In this document: in pieces, positions 36,983 to 51,422 of the stretch | Numbering within the stretch: the stretch's first letter is position 1 | How the letters are laid out: every line of letters starts with the position of its first letter | Assembly (NCBI RefSeq): GCF_001194135.2 | Contig: NC_068994.1 | Coordinates: 40,197,844-40,261,843, forward strand | Origin: Octopus bimaculoides | Taxonomy: Eukaryota | Direction of reading: 5' to 3' | DNA length: 64,000 nucleotides | The notes under the pieces: model-generated | Told to the model about the DNA's origin: nothing | Database searches by the model: none | The model's input: the letters and a program-made list of their open reading frames with translations, nothing else | Translations under genes and position numbers: made by a program

Positions 36983-39900
36983 TGGGCACATCATATGAAA
37001 AGGATGAAAAATAATTAGGTAAGAACATTGGATCATTGTAACACTTATAGCCTAGGAAAAGATTGGTCTCGCAAAACAAGGATGAGAGATGTTTTGTTTT
37101 TGTTTTGAATAAGTCATAGAATTATGAAAACATACAAGAGATCTGAGTTTAATTAAGAGAATATGAAGTCTTAATAATGATGGTAATCATGATAACAGCT
37201 GTTTGATTAAGGGTTTCAGTTCACAACTACGTTACCTTAAGTTTGATCCCACTGCATGGTACCTTAGGTGTGCATCTTCTACACAGCCCTGGATCAATCA
37301 AAGCCTTGCAAATAGTAAAATTTGGTGGATAGAGGTCATGTAGGAGCCATTTTCAGATATTATTCCTGACTTTTGGGTTGTAGTATTGTCTTATTCTTCA
37401 CTACAAAGTCCTATCCTTGTTGCAATGTGGTGGCTTTTGTGCCTCGATAATTCTGAAAGTTAACTAGTGGAGTGCAAGTTCCTGCTAGGACTTCCCATGC
37501 TGGACAATTCAAAGGATAGAAATCAATATAGACGATTTCTTCCCATTGGTGAAAATAGATTTGCATATAGTCAATGCCCCTACCTACAAAAAAAGCAAAG
37601 TTACGAAAGCATCAATGATAATTTAAAACCAACAAGCCCTAGGAGAGGGAAACTTTTCTTCAGGGAAGCATATGATGCAGAGTTCCAACTGGAAAAAAGA
37701 CAAAAAGACAGCTCAGAGCCAAGAACTGTGGAGAAAAGTCATCAATAGCCTTTACTCTATAGGGCATGATGGAATCAGGTGAGCAAATAACTATTCCATT
37801 GTGTCTTTTAGTACCACTGTCTGACTTATAAATGGCTTTTGTGGAGTTTATTCTTGCTAGTGCACATGCTACATCTCTAATTTTAGGCTAACTTCCTTTC
37901 TCTCCCAGTATCCCTTCAAAAAGACCACAAATACTGCATCCTTCCTCTCCTGGCCAGTAAAATTCTTTTTCAAAAAATCCGAAAAAAAAAACAACAACAA
38001 AAGAAGATCAGGATTATGATCCTGATTGCCATTATCATATCAATCATAATTAGGATGATCACAATAATAGCAATTATTAGTAACTAATGATTTAGACCTA
38101 TGTCTCTCTTCTAATGTCAATCATTATAAATATGGATGGCGTGATTTTCAGTAGTCACAGCTCACTGTTTCTAATATATCAAAGAGCTAACATAGTTTTA
38201 GACAATCTGTGTGGTAATGTTGTTAATTGCTAACCATCCTTCAAATATCTTATTATTGAGCCATTGAATGTAATCTGACACACCTTCATCCTCAGATTTC
38301 TCTCTCATTATTAAATACTCACTTCTTCATTTCAATATATTTACTGGCCATAACGATGCTCTGAAGCAAAAGAAAGATTTTAATATGATTTAACACAATT
38401 AATGTTGGTAATGATGCCCTTTCACATTTACTTCTCTACTAATATATAGCAACGATTGATATAATTGATATGTATATATATATATATNNNNNNNNNNNNN
38501 NNNNNNNNNNNNNNNNNNNNNNNNNNNNNNNNNNNNNNNNNNNNNNNNNNNNNNNNNNNNNNNNNNNNNNNNNNNNNNNNNNNNNNNNNNNNNNNNNNNN
38601 NNNNNNNNNNNNNNNNNNNNNNNNNNNNNNNNNNNNNNNNNNNNNNNNNNNNNNNNNNNNNNNNNNNNNNNNNNNNNNNNNNNNNNNNNNNNNNNNNNNN
38701 NNNNNNNNNNNNNNNNNNNNNNNNNNNNNNNNNNNNNNNNNNNNNNNNNNNNNNNNNNNNNNNNNNNNNNNNNNNNNNNNNNNNNNNNNNNNNNNNNNNN
38801 NNNNNNNNNNNNNNNNNNNNNNNNNNNNNNNNNNNNNNNNNNNNNNNNNNNNNNNNNNNNNNNNNNNNNNNNNNNNNNNNNNNNNNNNNNNNNNNNNNNN
38901 NNNNNNNNNNNNNNNNNNNNNNNNNNNNNNNNNNNNNNNNNNNNNNNNNNNNNNNNNNNNNNNNNNNNNNNNNNNNNNNNNNNNNNNNNNNNNNNNNNNN
39001 NNNNNNNNNNNNNNNNNNNNNNNNNNNNNNNNNNNNNNNNNNNNNNNNNNNNNNNNNNNNNNNNNNNNNNNNNNNNNNNNNNNNNNNNNNNNNNNNNNNN
39101 NNNNNNNNAGAGAGGGAGAGAATAGTATAGTATAGATAGATAGATAGATAGATAGATAGACTTTCCAGCAATAGACTTTTCTATGTAGATATAAACTGGT
39201 GCTGCTTGGGCATATTAATTAATGTAGAATATAATCTTTAATCGTTACAAGCAATTATTTTTTCTGATAGATGTTAGATCTATCAATATGACATTTTCAA
39301 TTTCTTCTTTGTTTTGTTTTTTGTTTTTATTTTAAGCTTAATTGATGCTGCAGGTATCATCATTAGCTTGCAATTAGCACACATGTATCCATTGATGACA
39401 GAAATTTATTTAAGAAATATACTATTTCACCCTTATCTTTCGACCATCTAGTTATTGCTTAATTATCACATGCTGCTTTGAATTACAAAAGTTTAAAATA
39501 TTTTCATTCCTTTCATATCATATTTCTGCATCATTTTTAATTCCAATGTATGGCGCAGACATAGCCATGCAATTAAGAAGTATACTGCACTAATTTCTTA
39601 GTTCTGTGTTTGATCCTGTGGCATGGTGGATAGCATCTTGGGCATGAGTATTCTACTGTATCCTGAGGCTGGTCAATGTCCGGTGAATGGAGTTTGTTTG
39701 ATAAAAATTGAGGAGAGGAAAGCCATGTACACATATAGATACATTCATACATACAAAATACACACACACACACACACACACACACAACATATACACATAA
39801 CATATACAACATACATGCATACACATACACAAATATATATACGTAAGTTGTTTAAATATATATATATACATAAGTTGTTTAAAAGTTCATAAGTTAGGAA

Positions 39901-39999
39901 AAAGATGCCCTCATATAATTGCCAATAGAGTGGGTATATTATCCAAAGTGTAAGATCAGCCATGATGGATATATAATACTGTACTCTCTGGATAATATT

Positions 40000-40085
<86 letters not shown>

Positions 40086-41124
40086 ACTGCAGTGTTATTA
40101 GGGTATCAGAAAGAATTATTTTGCAAATGTGATAAGTTACCAAACTGCTGTCCTCGTGGTCGTATATTAAAACTGTAAGGCAGCCATTCAGACTGACAAC
40201 ATAGCTTCTACCCCTATTTTACAACTGGGTGTGTGGTGACAGTAGGATCAACGGATCAACATCTAGTTGATACTGAAGTAATTAATGAGAGATCCTATGT
40301 AGCCATTCTCTATGCTAGAAATAGCTGCTAAATGTTTTTTCAAACTTTATGATCGTATGTCTTCTTGATCAAAGTAAACTTGAAATTAAACAACTATAGC
40401 AACAACAGCAACCACAGCAACAACAAAATAAGAAGTTGACTGCTAAAAGATACTTCCATGAAGTGGATGTCAGAAGAAGCAAATTTAAAATAATAAAAAA
40501 AATTATGTTGGCACGTAGTGGAGAATGTTAAAGTGGAGGCAGCGTTGGTGGGGGGATATTGTTGATTGAAATCCAACTCCCACTGCAAGAGACAAAGAGA
40601 TGAAAGGCAAAGCCATCCTAATAGTATTTGAATTCAGAATGTTAAAAAAAAAAAAAATACTTGCCCCAAAACAGAGAGAAATACTAGAGAAATATTATAA
40701 CATAACAAAAGTGAGAGAAGTATTTGAAATCAAAGAACTCATATAAAACAAAAGATCCTAGTTAAATTGTGAAGAATCCATTGTTACGAAGCACAATGAT
40801 TCTTTAAAACAAAGCAGGCAATTCAGTTTCAATCCAAAGCTATTTCATGAAGAACTAGGTAAAAAAAAATAAAATAGCAATCAAAGCAGCTCCAAAAGCA
40901 GGAAATGGAAGAGAAATTTGTAAGGCTCTAGACAAAATTTATGGTAATGCATCACTGTTTTTTAGTGATATTCTTCTCAAGTAATATCAACAGTAAAAAT
41001 TTCTTTTATTTGCCACAAGGCCGTTGGATGAGGGGACATTACAAGAAGAAATTGCCATAACACGTGGAAATTTATACAAAACTGATAACGTCATCAAAGC
41101 AGATAACCATAGTAATATTAATAA

Positions 41125-41342
41125 TAATGGTTTCAAATGTGGGTATGAGGTCAACAATTTGGAGGAAGTGAGTAAGTAGATTACAGTGACCCCCAGTGCT
41201 CAACTGGTATTTATTTCATTGACCCCAAAAGGATGAAAGGCAAAGTCAACCTTGGTGGAGTTTGAATTCAGAATGTAAAGATGGATGAAATGCTGCTAAG
41301 CATTTTGCCTGGCATGCTAACGATTCTGCCAGCCTGCCACCT
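41125..41342 (-). mobile_element. SINE family B
   Basis: Reverse-complement match to 28495-28712. Confidence 0.7.
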
Positions 41343-42763
41343 TAAACCATATAGTAATAATAATAATAATAATAATATTAATAATAATTGGCTACTGATC
41401 TTAATTGATTGGATGTGTTAACATGTATATGTTTTGTTTCGGTGTAAAAGATGGGCTACAGCAAATATTCTACTCAGTGCCATTGATTTGCTTATCAGTT
41501 GCTTGAACCTTAATCAGTTGAGCATGTCCCTTAGTGGCTGATAATATGTGAATCTCTTATCATGATCAGGAATAGTGGGTGAGCATCATAGCCACAAGTT
41601 GAGAGGGATTCTTTGGGATTTGAATAATTCATACCTGGAAACATGGATGTTTTGTCACCATCCTTAAACAATCCTTATTCAGGGACTTTTTAAGTGAGAA
41701 GAGCTACTTGACTTGAAGAAAATTCTAAGTCAGCCCCATGTGCAAGGTCACCACATCACACACATAGGGTTATGATGCATGTGCTTGGTGTGCCCTTATC
41801 AAATGGATAATCATGATGCGTATATTGAGCCTCCTATGCTTATACCCCAGCACCACTTTGATGGTGTCTGCTGCCCCCTCACTCAATACTACTACTACTA
41901 CTACTACTACTACTAATAATAATAATAATAATAATAATAATCCTTTCTACTAAAGGCACAAGGTCTGAAATTTGCGAGAGGGGAACAGTTGTTTACATCG
42001 ATTATATCGATGAAGATGATGATATTGATGACAACAGCAATGATGATAACGATGACAGTGATGATGAAGATGATGGTGATAATGATGGTGATGATGGCGA
42101 TGATAACAATGATGATGATGATAAAGAAGAAGAATGTTTTCTTTAATAATGTACTAATATAAAGATGCCATTATTTCCTTCACTAATGACATTAATGCAG
42201 AAGCGAAATGATCAAGTGTAATTATCAGCTTATAGATCATGAGTTCAATATCCAACTTCAGGCACTTCATTAAACAAGACAAGTAAGTTTTGTCTGCTCT
42301 AGTTTACCTAATTAGAGAATAGGCACTAAATAAATCTCTGTGGAAAGTTGCTTGCAATGAAGCAGAGTTTTATTCAACGAGACAGACCAGTACCTTCCTC
42401 TATTTTTATATCACATTTGGAGAATAATAGCATCATACATTACCTGTTTGGTTTACTGCATTTATGATGATTGCCATAAATTAAGGCTTGTTTACCTTTC
42501 TCAGGTTTTATTTACCATCTAACAGATACATATTGTGTTTGCTACAATCTAGGAGAGGACCTGAAAGTAGGACTGGCTTATATTTGTACAACAAATAAGG
42601 AAGTTTACCTAAGTCTGTAGTAACAAATAATAGTTCAACAATGAAGGTAACATTGGGGATTTTATGCAACTTGGGCAAAATCATCACCACCCAAGTAATT
42701 TTTGTATAGAAAACACTATCTTTTTAGAAATTTCCTCACAGATGTTTTCAACTTTTTTGTTAA

Positions 42764-42986
42764 CTCATTAAGTCCCACTGTCCTATAAATAGGACACTAA
42801 ATGAGAACATTAAATAAGCTGTATCGCATTGTCTCAGTGTCCTATTTATAGGACACCGAGTATTTTCATTTCTACTTGAAGTAAAGGTGTTTTAATAATT
42901 ATTTTTTTCATTTAAACCTATTTGCAATCATCTGTAAAAGTTTAAAAGTAATATTCAGAAATTTAAGTACTCTGGGATTTAATGGG
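42764..42986. mobile_element. piggyBac-like MITE
   Basis: TTAA at 42760-42763 and 42987-42990; termini C(T/C)CATTAA(G/A)TCCCA; two inverted copies of the palindromic GTGTCCTATAAATAGGACAC motif. Confidence 0.65.
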
Positions 42987-44462
42987 TTAATGTACTTTAT
43001 CCAGAGTTAAGTTCCATCTCTGTAAATGAAAAAAAGGTGAAAAACAGTGATGTCTGTTGCTGTCATTGCATTTGTGGAGAAATTTACTACTACATTTCAC
43101 CTTCATTATCACCGTTAGCCATATTCTGGAAAAGGGGTCTTTTAACCACATAGCCAGCTTCTGGCACTGAGGACAGCACACACTCTTGCTATGCTGCTCA
43201 CTGCTCCTACATTATACGAGTCAAAACTTCTGAATCTGGTGATTCAGAAGTTTGCTACCCACTCTACCCCTTCCTCCTATGCAGGTTTATAAAGCAGACC
43301 CAAAAGTGCCATGTCCATAAGGCATACCTGGGGTTGGACCAGGTCCACCTCATCCATTGCCTTTGTCCTCACCCTCACCTAACCCTCTCACCCCTTGCCT
43401 CATCCTCACCCTTGCCCTTGCTACCCACTCACTCATCCAACCTCTGTTTATGCTACTGGAGCAGCAGCATTTTCTTGGGTTTGCTGTCATTGATTCTGAT
43501 GTTTTCTTCTAACTGCTTCTGTGAACAGAAAGTCATGAAGAATGTTTTTTTTGTGCAACCATATGTGTAACAATTACACCATTTGTTCTGTGCTATCAGT
43601 CACACATCCTTCATCTCCCATACACACGACTATGCACATACAGCCCTGGCATGACCTTGTAGTTTCCAAGGGCCTTTAGAACTTGCAATTTCATCCTGAC
43701 CCCCTCCAATGGCATGTCACTTCACACTACATGTTTGCTGATATCCTGCCAATACTTCATGCATTCATGTTGTTCATAGGAAGATAAATGATACCTCTCA
43801 TAGCTTAACTGAAAAACTGAGTAAATGTTTAAATGAATGATATAAGTTATTGTAAATATGATTACATTTCCAGATTATTAACTAACCATGATATATAACT
43901 TTAAGATGGTTTGCCAAAATTAATTCAAAAGATGAGTGAAGATTGCAATTGACAGGTCACTGTGCGGGAAATCTTGAAGAAATATTCAAATCTAGTGCTA
44001 TGGCAGCCAACACATAAATGGAGGAACAGTAGGAGAGAAGCCATCATTTTAATTGATGCCCTTCAAAATGACAATGGCTTGCAGACTACTGGAAATATAA
44101 GCAATGGTTTCAAGCAGGATTGAAACACCTGTAGAAGATATCTTAGCCCATTCAACATCGCTTGAGATAATGAGATGATATTAACTTATCATTAATAGAG
44201 ATAAATATTATAACTTCTTTTGAGGCACAGACATAGGTATATGGTTAAGAAATTCGCTTCCCAACAACATGGTTTAAGATCCAGTCTCCCTGTGTAGCAT
44301 CTTGGGCAAGTGTCTTCTGCTATAGATCCAGGCCATCTAAAGTCTTCTAAGTGGATTTGGATGATGTAAACTGAAAAGAGATCTGTCATCATGTAAATGT
44401 GTGTGTGTGTGTGTGTGTGTGCATGTGCATGTGTATGTATATATGTATGTATATATAACTAT

Positions 44463-44497
<35 letters not shown>

Positions 44498-44531
44498 ACT
44501 ATGTATGTATATATATATATATATATATATA

Positions 44532-46142
44532 CTTGGAGAAAGCCTTTGACAGGGTCCCCCAATCCCTTATCTGGTGGGCGATGTGGAAACTGGGGATTGT
44601 CAAGTGGTTAATAAGAGTTGTACAGGCCCTGTACAGGGATGCCGTTAGTAAGGTAAGGCTCAGCGATAAGTATAGTGAAGAATTCTGGGTAGAAGTAGGG
44701 GTTTACCAAGGATCAGCTCTCAGCCCTCTCTTATTCATCATAGTCCTCCAGGCAATAACAATTCAAGACAGGTTACCCCTGGAAGATCCTCTATGCTGAT
44801 GACCTTGCTCTCATAGTGGAATCACTACCAGAACTAGAGAAGAAATTTCAGGTGTGGAAGCAAGGTTTAGAATCGAAAGGCAAAAACTAAAGTCCCAGTA
44901 AGTAGGAAAGCAAACACATCACAAACCCCTTCAGGTAGATGACCCTGCTCAATCTGTAGAAAAGATGTACCCAGTGTAAGCTATGGATGCGTAAGAGGCA
45001 CAGCAACATCAAAGGAAGGTTAACCAGGACAATAGTTTTTATGTGTGGCAGATGCACAGGGGCAATTAACACCGCAGATGCTCAGAAAACAGATTCCATC
45101 ATATGCCAGGGGAAGAAAATAAAAGTAGTTGATAGCTTCCGCTACCAAGGTGACCAAGTCTGTAGTGGAGTCGGATACTCGGAGAGTGTTGCCACTAGAA
45201 TAAGAATAGCCTGGGCAAAGTTCAGAAAGCTCCTACCTCTACTGGTGACAAAGGACCTCTCATTCAGAGTGAAAGGTAGACTGTATGATGCATGTGTGTG
45301 AACTGCCATGCTACACAGCAGTGAAACATGAGCCATGACTGCGTAGGCTTGAAAGAAATGAAACTAGTATGATCCACTGGATGTGTAATGTCAGTGTGCA
45401 CACAATACAGAGTGTAAGCACCCTGAGAGAAATTTTGGACATAAGAAGCATCAGACGTGGTGTGCAAGAGAGACCACTGTGCTGGTATGGTCATGTGCTG
45501 TGTATGGATGAGGAGAGCTTTGTGAAGAAGTGTCACTCCCAAACAGTGGAAGGAATCTGTGAAAGAGGGGGACCCAGGAAGACATGGGATGTGGTAGTGA
45601 AGCATGACCTTCGAACGTTGGGCCTCACAGAGGCAATGATGAAAGACCGAGACCTCTGACGATATGCTGTGATTGAGAAGACCCGACAAGTAAAGTGAGA
45701 TCACAGCTGTAGCCTTTATCAGTATCGCATAACCAGCCCATCCAAAAGTACCTTTGAATAGTCGGGCGACACGCCATACTTGAGGAAACCTATTGAGTCA
45801 AGTAAATAAAAATAAAAATTAAAAATTAAAAATCAAATCACAATCAAAGGGAAATTGTAGTTGTGGCCGATGCCAGTGCCACAACAGGCTTCTGATCTGG
45901 TAGCACGTAAAAAGTACCATCTGAACGTGGCCAATGCCAGTGCCACCTGACTGACTCCTATGCCGGTGGCACATAAAAAGCACCCACTACACTCTGAAAG
46001 GTTGGTGTTAGGAAGGGCATCCAGCTGTAGAAACACTGCCAGATCAGATTGGAGCCTGGTGCAGCCTCCTGACTTCCCAGACCCCAGTTGAACAGTCCAA
46101 CCCATGCCAGCATGGAAAACGGACGTTAAACGATGATGATGA

Positions 46143-46143
<1 letters not shown>
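44532..46143 (+). mobile_element. RTE LINE, 5'-truncated, with frameshifts
   Basis: LEKAFDRVP; VGVYQGSALSPLLFIIV; YADDL (44792-44806); VVDSFRYQGD; WYGHVLCMDE; 3' end with (GAT)n. Confidence 0.9.
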
Positions 46144-46200
<57 letters not shown>

Positions 46201-47845
46201 ACACATATCTATAGAATATGAGGGGTTTAGTTCACTGGTGAGCTAAACCAATAAGTACGCTGCATAAATGCTATAAGTGGTTATCTGTTAGGAACTAGGG
46301 ATCCAGAGTATGTTTCTAGAACTAGGGATCCATAGTACGTTACTGAGTCAGCAAGTATATGTATGTATATATATATATTTTGGGGTTGATATAGCTTGGT
46401 ACCAGTGATGTCACAACTCCTTTCTATAGCTAAGTGAACTGGAGCAATGTGAAATATTTCTTTGTAAAAAAGCTTAAAATAAGTTTTTATTAACCATGTA
46501 TTATTGAATATATATTCATAAATAAAGTACAGAACTGGGAATGGTTATTACTGGTTTAGCCTAGAGACAAGTAAATAGGTTTTTAAATAGGTTCTCTTCA
46601 TTTTTTCCATTCCATAGAATTTCCATGGATACCACTCGTACTTATATAATGACCTCCATGAGATGGAGTGGCTGCTACAGTAAGTGTCTCTGACCATTCT
46701 CTATGGCAACATAATAATTGCTGTCATTACCGTGGGTCATGGATGAGTACACCGTTTGTTCTGGGATATTTGGCCCATCGCCCACTCCTCCTCCATCTTC
46801 TGCTGCTCTACAGCAGCCCCACCATTTTATTTTGCTTTCCTTTCTTTTCTTATCTCTTTTCTTTTCTATTTCTTTGTCCTTTTTATAATTAAATACGATA
46901 AAAAAATTGCATTAAAAAATTGTTAAAATATTTTGTGTATTTTAGATGAATAACCAATTTATTGCAGAGAAATTTTAACAATAAAATCTCATGTGGACCC
47001 TTTAGGGTCATATGGACCCCCGAGGGTCATATGGACTGTGGTTAAGAACTGCTGCCCTGCCAGTTCTTCTAATCCCCACCCATATTTGATTGGTATTTCC
47101 TTTATTCAGAATAAAAGGTAAAAGTTGACAACGGCTGCATTTGAACTCAGAGAGTTGGAACAAATACCTTGATTCATTCTAACCAATGTTCTAATGGTTC
47201 AGCCAGTATACCCTGAGAGAGGACTCAGAATATTACTGGTACATATATTCTAATATTCTCATAATTATGAAAAGCAAAATCCATCACAGCAGCCACCACC
47301 ACCACCACCACCATCAGCACCACTACCACAACCACCACCACAACCACCACCACCACCACCACCACTACTACTACTACTACTACTGCTGAGCCCTGTAGTG
47401 GTAATATTTGATCTCGTAAGCAAACTTACAAGTCACAAGTAAAATATATTAAAGCATCTGCTATTACTACCTTGAGTCATCTCCACAGTTTTTCTCTTTG
47501 AATTATATGAAACCAAATAAAAAATGTAAATAACAGGACAATAGGAACCTGATAAGCTGATGATAGATAGAGCTGTTTCATGAGGCTATCATAATGACTT
47601 GCTATTAAGGTCTGGTTGTACAGGCTTTAGCATGTTTGCAATCACTCCACCATATTTTGTGTTTTCTCATTATATGCATATATTTCATTTATGTATGTAT
47701 ACACATACATGCACACACACGCACACAGACGCACACACACACACGAACATACACACAAACACACACATACACACACACATCTATGTATATATATGTATGT
47801 ATGCATATATGTATGCATATATACATACATACAGATACATATATA

Positions 47846-47883
<38 letters not shown>

Positions 47884-48294
47884 TATAGAGATAGATATAC
47901 AGGGCAGGGAATCGTCAATTAGTAATAAAATTAATAATTAACAATTATGCCGGGTAGCTCAGTATGAAAAAACCTATATTTATGATTATATATNNNNNNN
48001 NNNNNNNNNNNNNNNNNNNNNNNNNNNNNNNNNNNNNNNNNNNNNNNNNNNNNNNNNNNNNNNNNNNNNNNNNNNNNNNNNNNNNNNNNNNNNNNNNNNN
48101 NNNNNNNNNNNNNNNNNNNNNNNNNNNNNNNNNNNNNNNNNNNNNNNNNNNNNNNNNNNNNNNNNNNNNNNNNNNNNNNNNNNNNNNNNNNNNNNNNNNN
48201 NNNNNNNNNNNNNNNNNNNNNNNNNNNNNNNNNNNNNNNNNNNNNNNNNNNNNNNNNNNNNNNNNNNNNNNNNNNNNNNNNNNNNATATATATG

Positions 48295-48328
<34 letters not shown>

Positions 48329-48967
48329 TATACATACATATCTGTTCATATTGTTTGCTTGTTACAGCAGATTGTGGGTAAATACTTGACTGTGTATATT
48401 AATTTTATCAGATTTGTTAGCAATTACTATAATTAATAATCTATTTTCAGGAGCGCATAGTACATTCAATCATTATACAGTGTTGACTAAACAGAGAGAT
48501 CAAATCACTTTTCTTTAGTTTTATTGATTTGAGATAATTAGGTAATGGTTCTGCAAGGAATAGTTCAAAAGATAATGCATTTACACACACACATGCAGCG
48601 ACATGCATCACACACACACATACTCATACCATGCATCACACATACACACTCACACTCATAGATATATGCATGTGTCTGAGTGTGTATGTGTGTGTGTGTG
48701 TATATGCATATGTGTGTGTATATATATATGTATATAGTCATATTTATGTATATATATGTATATATATGTATNNNNNNNNNNNNNNNNNNNNNNNNNNNNN
48801 NNNNNNNNNNNNNNNNNNNNNNNNNNNNNNNNNNNNNNNNNNNNNNNNNNNNNNNNNNNNNNNNNNNNNNNNNNNNNNNNNNNNNNNNNNNNNNNNNNNN
48901 NNNNNNNNNNNNNNNNNNNNNNNNNNNNNNNNNNNNNNNNNNNNNNNNNNNNNNNNNNNNNNNNNNN

Positions 48968-49025
<58 letters not shown>

Positions 49026-49754
49026 TACATTCACACACACACAAACACACACATATGTATATGTATATTTATGTGTGCATGTATGTAATCAGACATGGAT
49101 GCATGCTTGGAAAGCCTGAAGACAAGGAGATTTATGAGAACTCAGTGCAAATATACTTCCTGAGAAATCCCTGATGCTGATACACATGATTTGTTTGTAC
49201 TTAGAAATACATATTCATTTGGCCACATGCTCACACACACACACACACATACACACACAGCGGCACAGACACACATGCACACAGTCGTACAGACACAGAC
49301 CCATATATGACCCTGTATATATTTGTGTGCATTTCATGCATATGGAACAGAAGAAGAGATTGAGATGGACTGAAAGGTTAATGTGCCGCTGTTTAGAAAT
49401 GATTAATAAATAGTCTAGCTATGGTGAAGTTTTTATTTAGGGATTTTAATAAACCTTGAAGAGTAAATTAGCCTCAGTCTCTTTGGAAACTTGTCAAGGA
49501 GTTGTGTAAATAATTAAGACTCTAGCTATTCATTCATGCATGCAACTCTATCTGCATATCTATCTTTTGTATACATTTATGCCTCTCTCTCTCTCCCTCC
49601 CTCTCTTCATCCATCTTTTTGTTTGTCCATCCATGTCTGGCTACCTATTTATTTCTCCCTCTACCTCCTACCTCTCTCTCTTTTTCTCAATCTATGTGTG
49701 CATCATCTATGTGTGTATGTATGTAAGTATGCATGCATGTATGTATGTATATAT

Positions 49755-49805
49755 GTATCTATCTATCTACCTCTCTATCTATCTATCTATCTATCTATCT
49801 ACCTC

Positions 49806-49863
<58 letters not shown>

Positions 49864-49865
49864 CA
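49755..49865. repeat. (ATCT)n tetranucleotide microsatellite
   Basis: Read directly. Confidence 0.95.
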
Positions 49866-50071
49866 GCCATCTACACACACAGACACATGCACACATTCTG
49901 TTTTTCCATCTATATACTTCACTACAGTTTGGCTATCTGTATGCTTGTCTTTCCATCTTTGCAAATTGAGTAGCCCTTTTCCACTAAATTTCTGTCCCTG
50001 TGCTTCTAGCAGAAGAATTATTTACATTATTTACAATTGTCGGATATTAGTCCTCATCTTGTTTATTGTTA

Positions 50072-50114
50072 ACACAATGTTTCGGTTGATATACCTCCAG
50101 CCTTCATCAGGTGT
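50072..50114 (-). ncRNA. Minimal hammerhead (slightly decayed)
   Basis: ACAC-CUGAUGA-A-GGCUG-GAGGUAUAU-CAACC-GAAA-CA-UU-GUGU; one mismatch each in stems II and III. Confidence 0.6.
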
Positions 50115-50146
50115 ATTTGAAAATCGAGGTTCGAAATTTCCCCAAG

Positions 50147-50190
50147 ACCCCTGATGAAGGCTGGAAGGTATATCAGCCGAAACGTTGAGT
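50147..50190 (+). ncRNA. Minimal hammerhead
   Basis: ACCC-CUGAUGA-A-GGCUG-GAAGGUAUAU-CAGCC-GAAA-CG-UU-GAGU; perfect stem II, palindromic ACGU stem III, one stem I mismatch. Confidence 0.7.
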
Positions 50191-50400
50191 TAACAACAAA
50201 CACGATGAAGACAAATATCTGCCAATTGTAAATAATGTAAATAGTGTACATAATTCCTCATCACTTAAATATAGAACTGTAGCAGAAGAATTATTCATAC
50301 ATACTCTTTAGAATGGTGAACTGGCAGAATTGTTAGAATACAAGGAAATGGCTGTGCAGCATTTGTTCAGACTCTACATCCTGACTTTTGAATCCTGCAT

Positions 50401-50808
50401 TTTATTCTTTTGTTCTTTTATTTGTTTCAGTGATTTGACTGTGGCCATGCTGGAGCACCACCTTTAATTGAATAAATTGCCCCCAGGACTCATTCGTTGT
50501 AAGCCTAGTACTTATTCTATCAGTCTATTTTGCTGAACCACTAAGTTATGAGGATGTAAACACACCAACATCGGTTGTCAAGCGATAGTGGAGAGAACAA
50601 ACACAGACACACAAACATACACACACACACACACATACACACACACATACACATATGATGGGCCTCTTTCGGTTTCCATCTACCAAATCCATTCATAAGG
50701 CTTTGGTCAGCCTGAGGCTATAGTAGAAGACACTTGCCCAAGGTGCCATGCAGTGGGACTGAACCCGGATGCATGTGGTTGGTAAGCAGGCTACTTACTA
50801 CTCCTGCA
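50401..50808 (-). mobile_element. SINE family A
   Basis: Matches other family A copies; internal (CA)n. Confidence 0.85.
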
Positions 50809-50949
50809 CACATTGGTTACCTTTTTTTCTTTACCATCCTTTCGGGGCTGATAAAATAAAGTAACAGTCAAATATCTGTGTTGATGGTATTGACTGACCC
50901 CATTCCTTTAAAATAGCTTGCCTTGTTCCTATATTAAAAAAAAAAAAAT

Positions 50950-51376
50950 TCTTTTATCTTTTATTTCTTATTTGTTTCAGTCATTTGACTGTGGCCATGA
51001 TGGGGCACCACCTTAAAGGGTTTTAGTTGAACGAATTGACTCCAGAACTTATTTTTTAAAAGCCTAGTACTTATTCTATTGGTCTCTTTTGCCAAACTCC
51101 AATGTTATGGAGACGCAAACACACCAACCCCAGTTGTCAAGAGGTGGTGAGGGAGGAACACAGAGACCAAGACACACACATACACATACATAAATATATA
51201 CATGTCTATATATATCTATTTATATATACAATGGGCTTCTTTCAGTTTCCATCTACCAAATCCACTCACAAGGTTTTGGTCAATTTGAGGCTTTAGTAGA
51301 AGACACTTACCCGAGGTGCCACACAGTGGGACTGAATCTGCAACTATGTGGTCGAGAAGCAAGCTTCTTACCACAA
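50950..51376 (-). mobile_element. SINE family A (more diverged)
   Basis: Matches other family A copies. Confidence 0.8.
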
Positions 51377-51422
51377 GATTACTAATTTACAGCTGAGTGG
51401 ACTGAAGCAACAAGAAATGAAG

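Larger units (their letters stand above)
50023..50279. mobile_element. 257-bp palindromic PLE-tail element with two opposed hammerheads, flanked by a 12-16 bp direct repeat
   Basis: TAGCAGAAGAATTATT at 50007-50022 and 50280-50295; inverted arms about 50019-50114 / 50147-50243. Confidence 0.8.

Noticed and set aside
37467-37780. 93-aa ORF
   Set aside because: A neighbouring frame resembles a decayed LINE C-terminus (QSQELWRKVINSLYS); no host-gene evidence.
46268-46345. ~30-bp tandem duplication GAACTAGGGATCCA..GTA.GTT
   Set aside because: Two copies only, no spacers; an ordinary local duplication, not CRISPR-like. No CRISPR arrays or rRNA were seen in the window.
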